Part shown: piece after piece, positions 36,050-46,234 of the stretch
Layout of the letters: each line of letters opens with the position of its first letter
How positions within the stretch are numbered: position 1 is the first letter of the stretch
NCBI GenBank assembly: GCA_963851265.1
Contig: CAWKNZ010000006.1
Span: 64,001-128,000, forward strand
Direction of reading: 5' to 3'
DNA length: 64,000 bases
From: an uncultured Gemmatimonadales bacterium
Lineage (GTDB): Bacteria; Gemmatimonadota; Gemmatimonadetes; Gemmatimonadales; Gemmatimonadaceae
Made by a program: the position numbers and the translations under genes
Notes under the pieces: generated by a model
What the model saw: the letters and a program-made list of their open reading frames with translations, nothing else
The model's database searches: none
Told to the model about the DNA's origin: nothing

Positions 36050-36763
36050 TCAGGCCGTCGGTGCCGAGCGCCGGCGGCGCGCCGCGGCGGCCACGACGCT
36101 CAGGCCGGCGCCGAGCAGCGCCCACGTGGCCGGCTCCGGCGTCGAGACAACGCCCGGGATGGGGCTTCCGAACGTCACGTCGTCGAACACGATCTGGTTG
36201 GCGACGCCGGCGAACGTCACCGACTGCGCGACGCCCGCGAACGACACGCCGGCCGCCGCGAACGGGCAGAACCCCGCGCCGTAGCACGGCTCCGGGCCGG
36301 TCGGCGTCTGCGCGAGCGCGAGTGTGGCGAGCAGCGTTCCCGTACCGTTGAGGCCGCTCCAGACGTTGAACGAGCCTGCGTTATTGGGTGCGGCGTAGAA
36401 GAACGAGAAGCCGTTCGTGAAGCCGCTCATGCTGTTCATGTACGTGCTCGCGCCGGTGAGGAAGAACAGCCCGGTGTTCTGCGAGGCCGGGTCGCCACGC
36501 CCGCCGCGCGACGTGTTCGAGCAGCTCTGCGTCGGCGTGTTGAGGCAGAGCGCGAGCGCGTTCGGCGAGAAGTCGATTCCGTAGTTGGGACCGGCGCCGC
36601 CGTTGTAGAAGTTCCCGATCGGGGGTTCGGGATTCGTCGGGCTCGCGCCGATGCCCTCAAAGTTGAGCACCTGCGCGCCGGCGGGTGTAGCGACGAAGGC
36701 GGCGCCGACCAGCGCGGTCACGAGCGCGGTGGTGCGGGCTGCAGCGGTACGACGTGAGTGCAT
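36050..36763 (-). CDS. PEP-CTERM sorting-domain protein 1
   Basis: Signal peptide; TPEPATWALLGAGL..ARRRR C-terminus. Confidence 0.9.
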   Translation of the reverse strand: MHSRRTAAARTTALVTALVGAAFVATPAGAQVLNFEGIGASPTNPEPPIGNFYNGGAGPNYGIDFSPNALALCLNTPTQSCSNTSRGGRGDPASQNTGLFFLTGASTYMNSMSGFTNGFSFFYAAPNNAGSFNVWSGLNGTGTLLATLALAQTPTGPEPCYGAGFCPFAAAGVSFAGVAQSVTFAGVANQIVFDDVTFGSPIPGVVSTPEPATWALLGAGLSVVAAAARRRRSAPTA

Positions 36764-37306
36764 CGAGATCTCCGGCAACATTGAGTTCAGCATCCGAGCG
36801 CCAAACGGCGCGCCGCCGCGCGGGCTGACCGCCCACGCGTACGTGACGCGGACGTCACTGTGTCGCTAAACGGATGACTACGCCAGCATCTCGCGGCAAC
36901 GTTGCGAAATCTTTGCGAATAATTACGGTCGGGGAGCGGGATTGCTACTGTCGCTCGTCGGGGACGTCGTACTCTAAGTTCGGATTCCTCTCGCACGGTC
37001 GGCGGGCCATGTCGTTGCCTACCGCATGGTGCGCGGGGCCGGGCCGGGTCGGGATCGTCCGCATGCTGCCTTCGCAGGCACCGCCCCGCGCCCGGGCGAT
37101 CAAGGACCGAGTCCGCGGCCCCGCGCGCCGCGTCGGCGGCAGCCACGTCACGTTAGGCATCCCCTCCGACGCCGCGCGGCCCGCCCGACGTCGCGGCGCG
37201 CCGTCCCGATTGCGCGGTCGCCGGTCGACGACCCGCGAAACGTGCACGAGTGGCCCGACACGTCCCGCTTCGGGTCGCGCCGGGCGGCGATTGTTGTCGC
37301 TCGCCC

Positions 37307-37998
37307 CTACCGTTCGGGCGTCGGAGCAGCCCTGGGCCCCTCACCCACGCCGTCGCCACATGCGCGCGTCCATCGCCCGCCTCACGCTCGCCGCGCTCGT
37401 TGCCCCGTCGTCGCCCGCGCGCAGGCGCCCGGCCCCCCTCGCGACCTCGCCGTGTCCGACGCCGCGGCCGCCATGCACTGGCGCGAGATCGGCCCCACGC
37501 GCGGGCGGGCCGGTGCCGCCGCGACCGGCAGTGCCGCCGGCACCGCGGCGCACGATTCCTGGGGGTGCTGCGCCGTGTAGAACCCGTCGCCGCCGGCGAT
37601 GGTGAACCAGTAGGCGTTGGTCACCGGCCCGCTCTTGCGCCGGCTCGGCCCGCACCACGAGCCGTTGTCCTGGGCGCCCGCGCACACGTTGTACGGCGTC
37701 TCGAAGTCGTAGCTGACGTCGTAGAACTGGGCGATCGGCAGGACGGCGCTGAAGTCGTAGTTGCCGCCGCCGTCCCACGTGATCGAGATGCCGCCGTCGT
37801 CGCCGACGACCATGTGCTCGGGGTCGCCCGGGTCGATCCACATCGCGTGGTGGTCGACGTGGATGCCCTGCGTGGCCGTGCGCGCGGTCCTGCCGCCGTC
37901 GCTGGACACGAGCACCGGCGTCGACGAGAACCAGACGCGGTCGGGATTGCGCGGGTGCACGCGCACCGTGGGCTGGGGCCGAGGCACCACCGGACCGG
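37307..37998. pseudogene. Chimeric remnant built from pieces of both flanking VPS10 genes
   Basis: 37360-37503 resembles 39279-39435; 37504-37550 matches 40282-40328; 37551-37967 matches 34505-34921; 37967-37998 matches 35919-35950. Confidence 0.85.
37551..37967 (+). repeat. 417-bp direct repeat of 34505-34921
   Basis: One mismatch seen (TCACG vs TCACC, synonymous Pro codon). Confidence 0.92.
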
Positions 37999-38000
37999 CT

Positions 38001-38038
38001 GCGCAAACGGGGGCCCCGCTCGGAGCCCCCGTTCGCGC
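38001..38038 (-). terminator. Hairpin downstream of PEP-CTERM gene 2
   Basis: Both DNA mismatches in the stem become G-U pairs on the minus-strand RNA. Confidence 0.65.
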
Positions 38039-38089
38039 CCCCGGCTCGATGGCCGGCTCGGGCGGCGCCCGCGATTATCCGGCGTGCGG

Positions 38090-38767
38090 TCAGCCCGTGG
38101 TCACCGCGCGACGGCGTCGGCGCGCGAGTCCCGCGAGAGTCACCAGGCCGCCGCCGAGCATGGCGTAGGTGGACGGCTCGGGCACGGTGGATCCGGCGTA
38201 GAGCGTGTAAGCGTGCTCGTTCCCGTTCGGCGAGAACCCGTCACCGAACGGCGCGACGTCCTCCTGATCATTCGCGGTCGTGTTGGCCGCCGTCGTTTCC
38301 CAGTAGAACTCTGCGCGGCCCGTGTTGCTCAGCGGTCCGTTGTGCAGGCCGAACCAGTACGTCCCCGCGCCGAGTCCGACGTTCGGCAGCGCGAAGTCGT
38401 ACCGCATCGTGGGGGTGGTACCCCCGTAGGGCGGGCCGTCCACGATCGCGGTGGGGACGACGTTGCCCGAGAAGAGCATGCTCCCGGGCGAGCCTGCCGC
38501 GTTCGAGTAGATCTGCCAGGTCACATTCCCGGCGTACGCGTTCGTGGCGAGACTGAATGCCCAGAAGCGCGCCGCCGTGAGCGTCGTCGCGGATCCGAGG
38601 GTGAAGTCGCTCGCCTGGATCCACTGGGTCATCTCGTTGCCGCTGACTCCGTTCGGGGCACCGTTGCTGTACACCGGGGACTGCGCCGACGCGGGCACGC
38701 TGGCGGCGAGGCAGAGCGTGGCGGCAAAGAGAGCGGATGCGGCGCTGCGGACGGCGGTGCCGAGCAT
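38090..38767 (-). CDS. PEP-CTERM sorting-domain protein 2
   Basis: AGGAG RBS, signal peptide, VPEPSTYAMLGGGL..RRRRR. Confidence 0.9.
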   Translation of the reverse strand: MLGTAVRSAASALFAATLCLAASVPASAQSPVYSNGAPNGVSGNEMTQWIQASDFTLGSATTLTAARFWAFSLATNAYAGNVTWQIYSNAAGSPGSMLFSGNVVPTAIVDGPPYGGTTPTMRYDFALPNVGLGAGTYWFGLHNGPLSNTGRAEFYWETTAANTTANDQEDVAPFGDGFSPNGNEHAYTLYAGSTVPEPSTYAMLGGGLVTLAGLARRRRRAVTTG

Positions 38768-39278
38768 TAGAGCTCCTGTAAACAGATGTGGCGGCTCGGG
38801 GCGAGGTCGGTCGCGTGCTCCCTGGATTGGGCTGCCGACCGGACGAGGTGCTGCTCCGCTACGAGACCGTGGGTTCGTGACGGCGCAATCATTATCACGA
38901 AGGCCGAAAAGCGCAAGGCGAAGTCGTGTTGGTACGGCAGCAGGGTCGCTGCCGTCACGTTGCGCCCCGCAGTGCGCGATGGCGTGATTGCAGAACGTCT
39001 CCTGCGCGCGGAACGTCTCGTGCGCGCGGATGCTCGCGGACGGCGCGGCCACGACGCGGTGCGTCCGGCGACGTACTTCCGGCGGCGTGCTTCCGCCGGG
39101 GCAACGACCAGATCGAGAGGCAGGTGAGCCGGCCCAGACTGGTGAAGCGGAGCATGGACGGGCGCGCGAATGTGTGCACCCCGTGTGCTGGATGCGGTCA
39201 TGGGCCGCGCTCGCGACGGGCGGACGCTACCGTTCGGGCTCACGTCGTCACCCCAGGATTTCCACGTTGCGGGTACTC

Positions 39279-42200
39279 ATGCGCGCGTCTCTCCCTCGCC
39301 TCACGCTTGCCGCCGCGGTCGCGGTGGCCGCTCCGACGACCGGTCGCACGCAGGCGCCGGCCGTCGCCTCACCGCCGGGCGCCGCAGGTGATCCCGCCGC
39401 GGCCATGCACTGGCGCGAGATCGGCCCCACGCGCGCCGGCCGCGCGCGCGCCCTCGCCGGCGTGCCGAGCCGGCCGAACGTGTTCTACGTCGGCTTCGAC
39501 AACGGCGGCGTGTGGCGCTCGACCGACTACGGCTCCACGTGGCAGCCGATCTTCGACGCCGAAGGCACCGGCTCGATCGGCGCGATCGCCGTCTCGCCCA
39601 GCAACCCCGACGTGATCTACGTGGGCACCGGCGCGGGCATCATCCGCCCCGACCTCGCCATCGGCGACGGCGTCTACAAGTCGACCGACGGCGGCAAGAC
39701 GTGGACGCACCTCGGCCTGCGCGACTCGCAGATGATCGCGATGATCGACATCGACCCGCGCGACCCCGACCGGATCTTCGTCGCCGCGTTGGGCCACCCG
39801 TACGGGCCCAACGCCGAACGCGGCATCTTCCGCTCGACCGACGGCGGGCGCACGTTCGCGAAGGTGCTCTACAAGGACGAGTACACGAGCGGCAACGACG
39901 TGCGCATGGACCCGCGCGATCCGAACACGGTGTACGCGACGCTCTGGCAGCAGCAGCAGAGCTTCATCGAGGGGCAGGGGTTCAGCGGGGCGGGGAACGG
40001 CATCTACAAGTCGACCGACGGCGGGACGACCTGGCGGCAGCTGACGAACGGGCTGCCGTCCGTCATCCAGGCGAACCTCGCGATCGCGCCGAGCGACCCG
40101 CGGACGCTCTACGCGGCGGTCGCGGGCGCGGGGCCCGACGGCGGCGTCGGGCGCGGGGGCACGGGCGTCGTCGGCTTCTACACGTCGGGCGACGCGGGTG
40201 AGCACTGGCGCCTGGCCGTGCAGAACGTGACGAGCGGCAGCGGGCAGGGCACCGACGCGCACGATGCGCACGGCCCCGACCGGCGGGCCGGCGCCGCCGC
40301 GACCGGCGGTGCGGCCGGCACCGCGGCGGGGGCCGCCGGTGCGCCCGACGCCGCTCCGCGCGGAAGCGGCGGGGCGGGCGGCACGCGCGCCGACTCGGCC
40401 GGCGCGGCCGCGCGGGGCGACGCGCCGACGTTAGGCGATCCGCGCCCGATGATCCGCATCGGCGGCGGCGACCTGCCGACGCTCGCCGTCGACTCCCGGA
40501 ACCCGCGCGCGGTCTACAGCTCGTCCACCGTGCTCTGGCGCACCGAGGACGCGGGCCTCACGTGGACCGCGGTGCGCGGCGCGCCGGGCGGCGACGACTA
40601 CCAGAAGACCTGGATCAACCCGAACGACCCCAACGTCCTCCTCGTCGTCTCGGACCAGGGCGCGGTGGTCTCCGCCAACCGCGGCGCGTCGTGGAGCAAC
40701 TGGTACACGCAGCCCACGGCCGCGATGTACCACGTGTCGACCGATTTCGCCTTCCCCTACCGCGTGTGCGGCGGCCAGCAGGACTCGGGCTCGGCGTGCG
40801 TGGAGAGCCGCTCGATGGACGGCGAGATCACCTTCCACGACTGGCACCCCGTGAACATCCAGGAGTACGGGATCGCCGCGCCGGACCCCAGGAACCCCGA
40901 CGCGGTCTACGGGTCGATGCGGACCAACGTCTCGCTCTACGACCGCAAGACCGGGCAGACGACCTTCGTCGGCCCCGACGCGACGGCGCGCGGGACGGAG
41001 TTCGGGCGCAACGTGCGGACGATGCCGATCAACTGGTCGCCGCTGGACCCGAACACGCTTTACTACACGTCCAACGCGGTGTGGAAGAGCACGGACCACG
41101 CACACAGCTGGACGCGCATCAGCCCCGACCTCGCCCGGCCGACGTGGGCCGTGCCGGCGAGCGCGGGCAAGTACGCGGCGACCGTGACCCCCGCGCCGGC
41201 CGGCGCGATCACCGCGTTCGCGCCTTCGCCGCGCGACGCGCAGGTGCTGTGGGCCGGCACCGACGACGGCAACGTGCAGCGCACGAGCGACGGCGGCGCG
41301 CACTGGACTAACGTCACCCCCGCGGCCATCAAGCCCTGGACGCGCATCTTCAACCTCGACGCCGGGCACTTCGACGCGCGCACCGCGTACGCGGCGGCCA
41401 ACACGTTGCGAATCGACGACCGCGACCCGCACTTCTGGCGCACGCACGACGGCGGGCAGACGTGGACCGAGATCGACCGCGGGATCGCCCCCGGCGCGGT
41501 CGCCAACTCCATCCGCGAGGACCCGCGCACCCCGGGGCTGTTGTACGGCGCCACCGACACCCAGGTGTGGGTCTCGTTCGACGACGGCGACCACTGGCAG
41601 TCGCTCCGCCGCGACATGCCCGCGATCTCGGTGCGCGACCTCCAGGTCAAGGACGACACCACGTGCCTGTGCGCCGACCTCGTCGCCGCCACGCACGGGC
41701 GCGGCTTCTGGATCCTCGACGACCTCACGCCGCTGCGCCAGGCCGCGGCCCTGCGCGCGGCCGCCGCGTCGCGGTCGGCCTACCTCGTGAAGCCCGCGAC
41801 GGCCGTGCGCGTGCGCTTCGCGACCAACGACCCCACCCCCTGGCCGCCCGAACTTCCCGCCGGCGAGAACCCGCCGCCGGGCGCGATCCTCGACTACGCG
41901 CTCGCCGCCGACGCGGCGGGGCCGGTCTCGCTCGAAATTCTCGACGCGGCGGGCAAGGTGGTGCGCACCTACTCGAGCGGCGACCGCACGTCCGACCCCG
42001 ACCCCGCGCTCGACCCCGCGGCGTACGACCGCCTGTGCCAGCGCACGCCGTCCGCCCCGCACTGCGACGTGCCCCTGTACTGGCCCGCGCCGGCGATGCG
42101 CATCTCGACCGCGGCCGGGATGCACCGCGTGAGCTGGGACCTGCACTACCAGCCGATCGCGGGCGGCGCGGACGCCGGCGCTGGTGACGACGAGGGCGGC

Positions 42201-42806
42201 CAGGGGCCCGTTCCGCACCGCACCCAGCCGGACGTCAAGGCGCCGTGGGCGCCGCCGGGCGACTACACCGTGCGCCTCACGGTCGACGGCCGCCGCTACA
42301 CGCAGCCGCTCACCCTCCGCCTCGACCCGCGCGTCACCACGCCCCCGGCCGGCCTCGCGCAACTCGCCGCGGCGTCCACGTCCGCGTACGATGCGGCGCG
42401 CGCCGCGCACGCGGCGTACGTGCAGGCGCGCGCCCTCTCCGCGCGGCTGGCCGCACTCCGCGGCGACGACGCGGCCGCGTTCCGGGCGCAGGTCGACTCG
42501 CTCGCGCCCGCGGCCGGCGCGCGGGCGGGCGGTCGCGCCGCGCGCCGCGGCGGGGGCGCGGAGGGCGCGACCACCCTCGACGGCGCGAGCACGGCGCTCG
42601 TCGCCGCCGTGATGGCGATGCAGGGCGCCGACGTCGCGCCGACGGCGGGTCAGCTCGCGGCGTGCGAGCGCGCCCGCGCGCAGGCGACCGCGGCGATCGC
42701 CCGCTGGGACGCGCTCCGCACGGGCGCGCTCACTGGATTCAACGCCCGGCGCCGCGCGGCGGGTCAGGCGACGGTCGCGGCCGTCGAACCCGGCGCGGCG
42801 CCCTGA
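39279..42806 (+). CDS. VPS10/BNR-repeat secreted glycosyl-hydrolase-like protein (B)
   Basis: WREIGPTRAGR, STDGGKTW Asp-boxes, ATHGRGFWILDD. Confidence 0.85.
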   Translation: MRASLPRLTLAAAVAVAAPTTGRTQAPAVASPPGAAGDPAAAMHWREIGPTRAGRARALAGVPSRPNVFYVGFDNGGVWRSTDYGSTWQPIFDAEGTGSIGAIAVSPSNPDVIYVGTGAGIIRPDLAIGDGVYKSTDGGKTWTHLGLRDSQMIAMIDIDPRDPDRIFVAALGHPYGPNAERGIFRSTDGGRTFAKVLYKDEYTSGNDVRMDPRDPNTVYATLWQQQQSFIEGQGFSGAGNGIYKSTDGGTTWRQLTNGLPSVIQANLAIAPSDPRTLYAAVAGAGPDGGVGRGGTGVVGFYTSGDAGEHWRLAVQNVTSGSGQGTDAHDAHGPDRRAGAAATGGAAGTAAGAAGAPDAAPRGSGGAGGTRADSAGAAARGDAPTLGDPRPMIRIGGGDLPTLAVDSRNPRAVYSSSTVLWRTEDAGLTWTAVRGAPGGDDYQKTWINPNDPNVLLVVSDQGAVVSANRGASWSNWYTQPTAAMYHVSTDFAFPYRVCGGQQDSGSACVESRSMDGEITFHDWHPVNIQEYGIAAPDPRNPDAVYGSMRTNVSLYDRKTGQTTFVGPDATARGTEFGRNVRTMPINWSPLDPNTLYYTSNAVWKSTDHAHSWTRISPDLARPTWAVPASAGKYAATVTPAPAGAITAFAPSPRDAQVLWAGTDDGNVQRTSDGGAHWTNVTPAAIKPWTRIFNLDAGHFDARTAYAAANTLRIDDRDPHFWRTHDGGQTWTEIDRGIAPGAVANSIREDPRTPGLLYGATDTQVWVSFDDGDHWQSLRRDMPAISVRDLQVKDDTTCLCADLVAATHGRGFWILDDLTPLRQAAALRAAAASRSAYLVKPATAVRVRFATNDPTPWPPELPAGENPPPGAILDYALAADAAGPVSLEILDAAGKVVRTYSSGDRTSDPDPALDPAAYDRLCQRTPSAPHCDVPLYWPAPAMRISTAAGMHRVSWDLHYQPIAGGADAGAGDDEGGQGPVPHRTQPDVKAPWAPPGDYTVRLTVDGRRYTQPLTLRLDPRVTTPPAGLAQLAAASTSAYDAARAAHAAYVQARALSARLAALRGDDAAAFRAQVDSLAPAAGARAGGRAARRGGGAEGATTLDGASTALVAAVMAMQGADVAPTAGQLAACERARAQATAAIARWDALRTGALTGFNARRRAAGQATVAAVEPGAAP

Positions 42807-42867
42807 TAGGCACGTCGATCACTCGCGCACGGTATCCCGCAGGGCCGCCGAGTTGCTCGGCGGCCGG

Positions 42868-43455
42868 CTACCGCACCCGGCGCCAGACCTCGGTCGTCTC
42901 CGGGGGCCGGCCGTTGGCCGTGGCCGGGTCGTCGGGCCAGCTGTAGGTGTGGTACCAGCGGTCTCCCTCGGTCCGGCAAGTGGCCAACAGCGACTGCCGC
43001 TCCCGCCGGGGATCGAAAAAGTACTCCAGGTGCTCGGTGTAGACGTTGCCGGCGAGCGAGTACGTCCCCGAGCCGCCGGTGATCGGGGTCGTGCGCGTCG
43101 AGTCGGTGGAAGTGCCGGCGCCGGTCGCCCGCACCGGGACCATGGTCGACCGTCCGGATTCACTGATCCACATGAAGTGCCCACGGTCGACGAACTTCCG
43201 CTCCCGCCGCCCCTGGAGCGGCTGGTCCTTGCCGTTCACGGCGACCGAGGTGAGATCCCAGATCCCCTCGACGTGGCAGGCGCCGGCGGTCGATCTGGCG
43301 CCGGCGCGGGGGGCCGCGGCTTTGGGCGCCGCCGGAACCTGCGCCCGCGCGGCAGGCGGACCGCAGAGAACGGCAGCCGCGGCGATGGCGGCTAGCCGGC
43401 GGGCAACACGAGCTGAACTACCGAGTACCGCACAACGCGCAACACGTCGAGACAT
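42868..43455 (-). CDS. Secreted hypothetical protein, lipocalin-like beta-barrel
   Basis: Own GGAGG RBS and ATG 43455, signal peptide, EGIWDL (GxW), GTYSLAGNVYTEH. Confidence 0.6.
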   Translation of the reverse strand: MSRRVARCAVLGSSARVARRLAAIAAAAVLCGPPAARAQVPAAPKAAAPRAGARSTAGACHVEGIWDLTSVAVNGKDQPLQGRRERKFVDRGHFMWISESGRSTMVPVRATGAGTSTDSTRTTPITGGSGTYSLAGNVYTEHLEYFFDPRRERQSLLATCRTEGDRWYHTYSWPDDPATANGRPPETTEVWRRVR

Positions 43456-43672
43456 TCTGGCCTCCCACGTGCTTGATCGGAACGGCCGGGGCGCCAGCCG
43501 CCCGCGATGACAGGACTGCTCGCCCGGCGCAAACATACGACCGGGTCCGATCCCCGCCAGAGTGGCGCGCCGGGCAATCGCGGTCCGACCGGGACGGTCG
43601 CTGGCCGTACCACATCGCCGTGGCGAGTACCTCGTCGGCGCTCGTGGCCCAGACGAACGGCCTCGGCGCGGA

Positions 43673-44397
43673 CTACCCGGGCGGCTGCCCGGGCGGCTGC
43701 ACGGCGGCTGCACGGGCGGCTGCACGGGCGGCACCGAGCGCGCCACGAACAGCGTGTGGCGCGGGCCGCCCGCGGCGTGCGCACGCACCCGTTCGACCTC
43801 GACCGCGAGCCCCGCACGCCGGAGCGCGGCCTCGAACGCGGGGTCCGCGCCCGCCGACCAGTAGGCGAGGCGACCGTTCGGACGCAGGGCCGCGACCGCG
43901 GCCCGGATGCCCGCGCCGCCGTACAACGCGGCGTTGGCGGCCGTAGTGAGCGACTCGGCGCCGTTGTCGACGTCGAGTAGGACCGCGTCGAACGCGGCGC
44001 GCGATTCCCTCAGCACGTCGGCGACGTCGGCGTGGCGCACGGTCACGCGCGCGTCGGCCAGGGCGTCGGCCGCGAGCCCGTACTCCGCGTTGCGGTTCCA
44101 GTCGATCACCGCCGCGACCAGCTCCGCGACGACGACCTCCGCGTCCGGCGCGAGCACCGCAAGTGCGGCCCGTAGCGTGAACCCGAGTCCGAGGCCGCCG
44201 ATGAGCACGCGCGCCCCCGCGACGTTGGCGAGCGGCGCGCACGCGACTTCGCCGAAGCGCTCCTCCGACCGGTGGCGCCGCGTCGACATCAGCTCGACGC
44301 CGCCCGCCTGGATGCGGTACGCGCCGTCGTGCCGCGTGAGCGTGAGCACCGTGCCGTCGGGCGCGGTGGCGGACGCGAGGCGCTCCGTGCGCTTCAC
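43673..44397 (-). CDS. Spermidine-synthase-like SAM-dependent protein; 1-bp deletion in a C-terminal repeat skips the TAG at 43673
   Basis: LMSTR, LIGGLGLGFT, FDAVLLDVDNG; 12-bp VQPP repeat with one 11-bp unit near 43703. Confidence 0.8.
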
Positions 44398-44421
44398 GGG
44401 TCCGCCCTCACGGATCCGCCG

Positions 44422-45432
44422 TCACGACGGGCCGCCTTCGCGCTCGCCGCCTAACGGGACGCGCGTCCCCGCGCCCGCGGCGACGGCCTTCGCGTGGACG
44501 TGCACTGCCGCCGCGACGTCCTCCACCGCGAGGCCGAGCGACTTGAACAGCGTGACCTCCTCGGCCGAGCGGCGGCCCGCGATGCGGCCGAGCAGCAGCT
44601 CGCCGAGCTCACCCACGATGTGCGCGTCGTCGACGGCGGCTTCGGCCCTCGCCATCAGGAAGTCGCCCGCCTCGGCCAGCGCCGACTCGCGGCGGTCGAC
44701 GTAGAGCCGCGCGCGGCGCACGGCCTCGGCGTCCAGCTCGCGCGCGCTCGCGACGCTCGCGCCGACGGCGTTCACGTGCGCGCCGGGCGCGAGCCACCTG
44801 CCGCGCAGCACGGGCTCGCGTGACGCGGTCGTGGTGCACACCACCGCCGCGCCGTCCACCGCCGCCTCCGCGCCCGCCACGGCCACGACCGGGATCGCGT
44901 GCCGCTCGGCGGCCCGCCGTGCGAACGCCTCCGCGCGCGCGTACGTCCGACTCCACACCCGCACGCGCGCGATCGGCCGGACGTGGCACATCGCGTCGAG
45001 GTGCGTCGCGGCCTGCACGCCGGCACCGAGGATGGCGAGGTCGGTCGCGTCGGCGCGCGCCAGCGCCCGCGTCGCGATTCCCGAGACGGCGGCCGTGCGG
45101 ATCGCCGTGATCGCGCTCGCGTCCATCACGGCCAGCAGGCGTCCCCGTTCCGACTCGAAGAGCAGCACGGCTCCCTGGTGCGAGTCGAGCCGAGTGCCCT
45201 CGTTGCCCGGAAACACCGTGATCACCTTGACGCCGAGGGACGCCGGACGGGCGAGCGCGGCGGGCATCGTGGCGAAGGCGCCGTGGCCGTCGGCGAGCCG
45301 CAGGACGGTGCGCAGCGGGAGCGACGCCTCACCGGCGGCGAGCGCGCGCAACGCGTCGTCCATGACCTCGATGCACTCGCCCATCGGGAGCAGCGCCCCG
45401 ACCTCGGCCTGATTGACGACGAGGATGTCCAT
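44422..45432 (-). CDS. Ornithine cyclodeaminase/mu-crystallin family protein
   Basis: ITAIRTAAVS, GAGVQA, HVNAVGA, FKSLGLAVED. Confidence 0.9.
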   Translation of the reverse strand: MDILVVNQAEVGALLPMGECIEVMDDALRALAAGEASLPLRTVLRLADGHGAFATMPAALARPASLGVKVITVFPGNEGTRLDSHQGAVLLFESERGRLLAVMDASAITAIRTAAVSGIATRALARADATDLAILGAGVQAATHLDAMCHVRPIARVRVWSRTYARAEAFARRAAERHAIPVVAVAGAEAAVDGAAVVCTTTASREPVLRGRWLAPGAHVNAVGASVASARELDAEAVRRARLYVDRRESALAEAGDFLMARAEAAVDDAHIVGELGELLLGRIAGRRSAEEVTLFKSLGLAVEDVAAAVHVHAKAVAAGAGTRVPLGGEREGGPS

Positions 45433-45468
45433 CCCGCAGGATAGCGGGGCTCGCGAAGCGCTCCCGCC

Positions 45469-46149
45469 TCAGCGTGCCGCGACGATCTGCGCGCGGAGCA
45501 GCCGATCGAGCCGCGGGAACGCGCGGTCCAGGTACGCGTTGCCGAGCACGAACACCGAGTCCTGCTGACCTCCGCGCATGCCCCCGCCCGACCGCTCGCC
45601 GTAGCCGGCGTACAGACGATCGACGATCTCCATCCCGTCGACCACGCGGCCCAGCGGCGCGAATCCCTGGGCGTCGAGCCGCGCGTTGTCGACGAGGTTG
45701 ATGAACAGCTGCGTGGTGCGCGTGTCGGGGCCGGTCATGGCGTAGCTGATCGTGCCGCGCGCGTTCGTCTGCCGGACCGGATCGTCGGGGATCGCCGCCG
45801 CGCGCCACGCGGTGGCGACGGCCGGGTCGCCCGCGATGCCGAACTGCGCGACGAACGCACTCCGAACGCGGAAGAACCGCGAGTCGTCGAAGAAGCCCGC
45901 GCGCACGAGCTGGTACAACCGGTCGGCGCCGTGCGGCGCCCACGCGCGCCACACCTCGACGACGAAGGCGCCGCGCGTCGTCTCGACCCGCACCCGAAAC
46001 ACCGCGGGTGCCAGCGTGCGCCACCATGCAGCTGACGTGTCGGCGAGCGCGGCCCTGGCTTCCGCTGGCGCCGGCCCCGGGGCGGGGGCGCGCGCGCCCA
46101 CACAGCCCGCCGGCGCGAGCGAGACGGCCAGCGCCGTGACCGAAGCCAC
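45469..46149 (-). CDS. Cyclophilin-type peptidyl-prolyl isomerase (start uncertain)
   Basis: WAPHGADR, FFRV..FVAQFG, RTTQLFINL, LDAQGFAP. Confidence 0.85.
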   Translation of the reverse strand: MASVTALAVSLAPAGCVGARAPAPGPAPAEARAALADTSAAWWRTLAPAVFRVRVETTRGAFVVEVWRAWAPHGADRLYQLVRAGFFDDSRFFRVRSAFVAQFGIAGDPAVATAWRAAAIPDDPVRQTNARGTISYAMTGPDTRTTQLFINLVDNARLDAQGFAPLGRVVDGMEIVDRLYAGYGERSGGGMRGGQQDSVFVLGNAYLDRAFPRLDRLLRAQIVAAR

Positions 46150-46234
46150 CGCGCGTACCGTCAGCGCCAGCCGCGCCCCGGCCGTAGACTGGGGAGCGGC
46201 CCTGCCGCCCCCCTCCCGCCCCGAGGAGTTCCGC

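Noticed and set aside
36789..36806. Sigma54 promoter before PEP-CTERM gene 1 (TTGGCGCTCGGATGCT)
   Set aside because: GG-to-GC spacing is 9 nt rather than the required 10.
34505..37967. 417-bp repeat as a DGR template/variable repeat pair
   Set aside because: Only one C/G mismatch, no adenine-specific differences, and no reverse transcriptase in the window.
42868..44397. 509-aa methyltransferase-lipocalin fusion as a real protein
   Set aside because: Explained by a 1-bp deletion in a repeat; the downstream gene has its own RBS and signal peptide.
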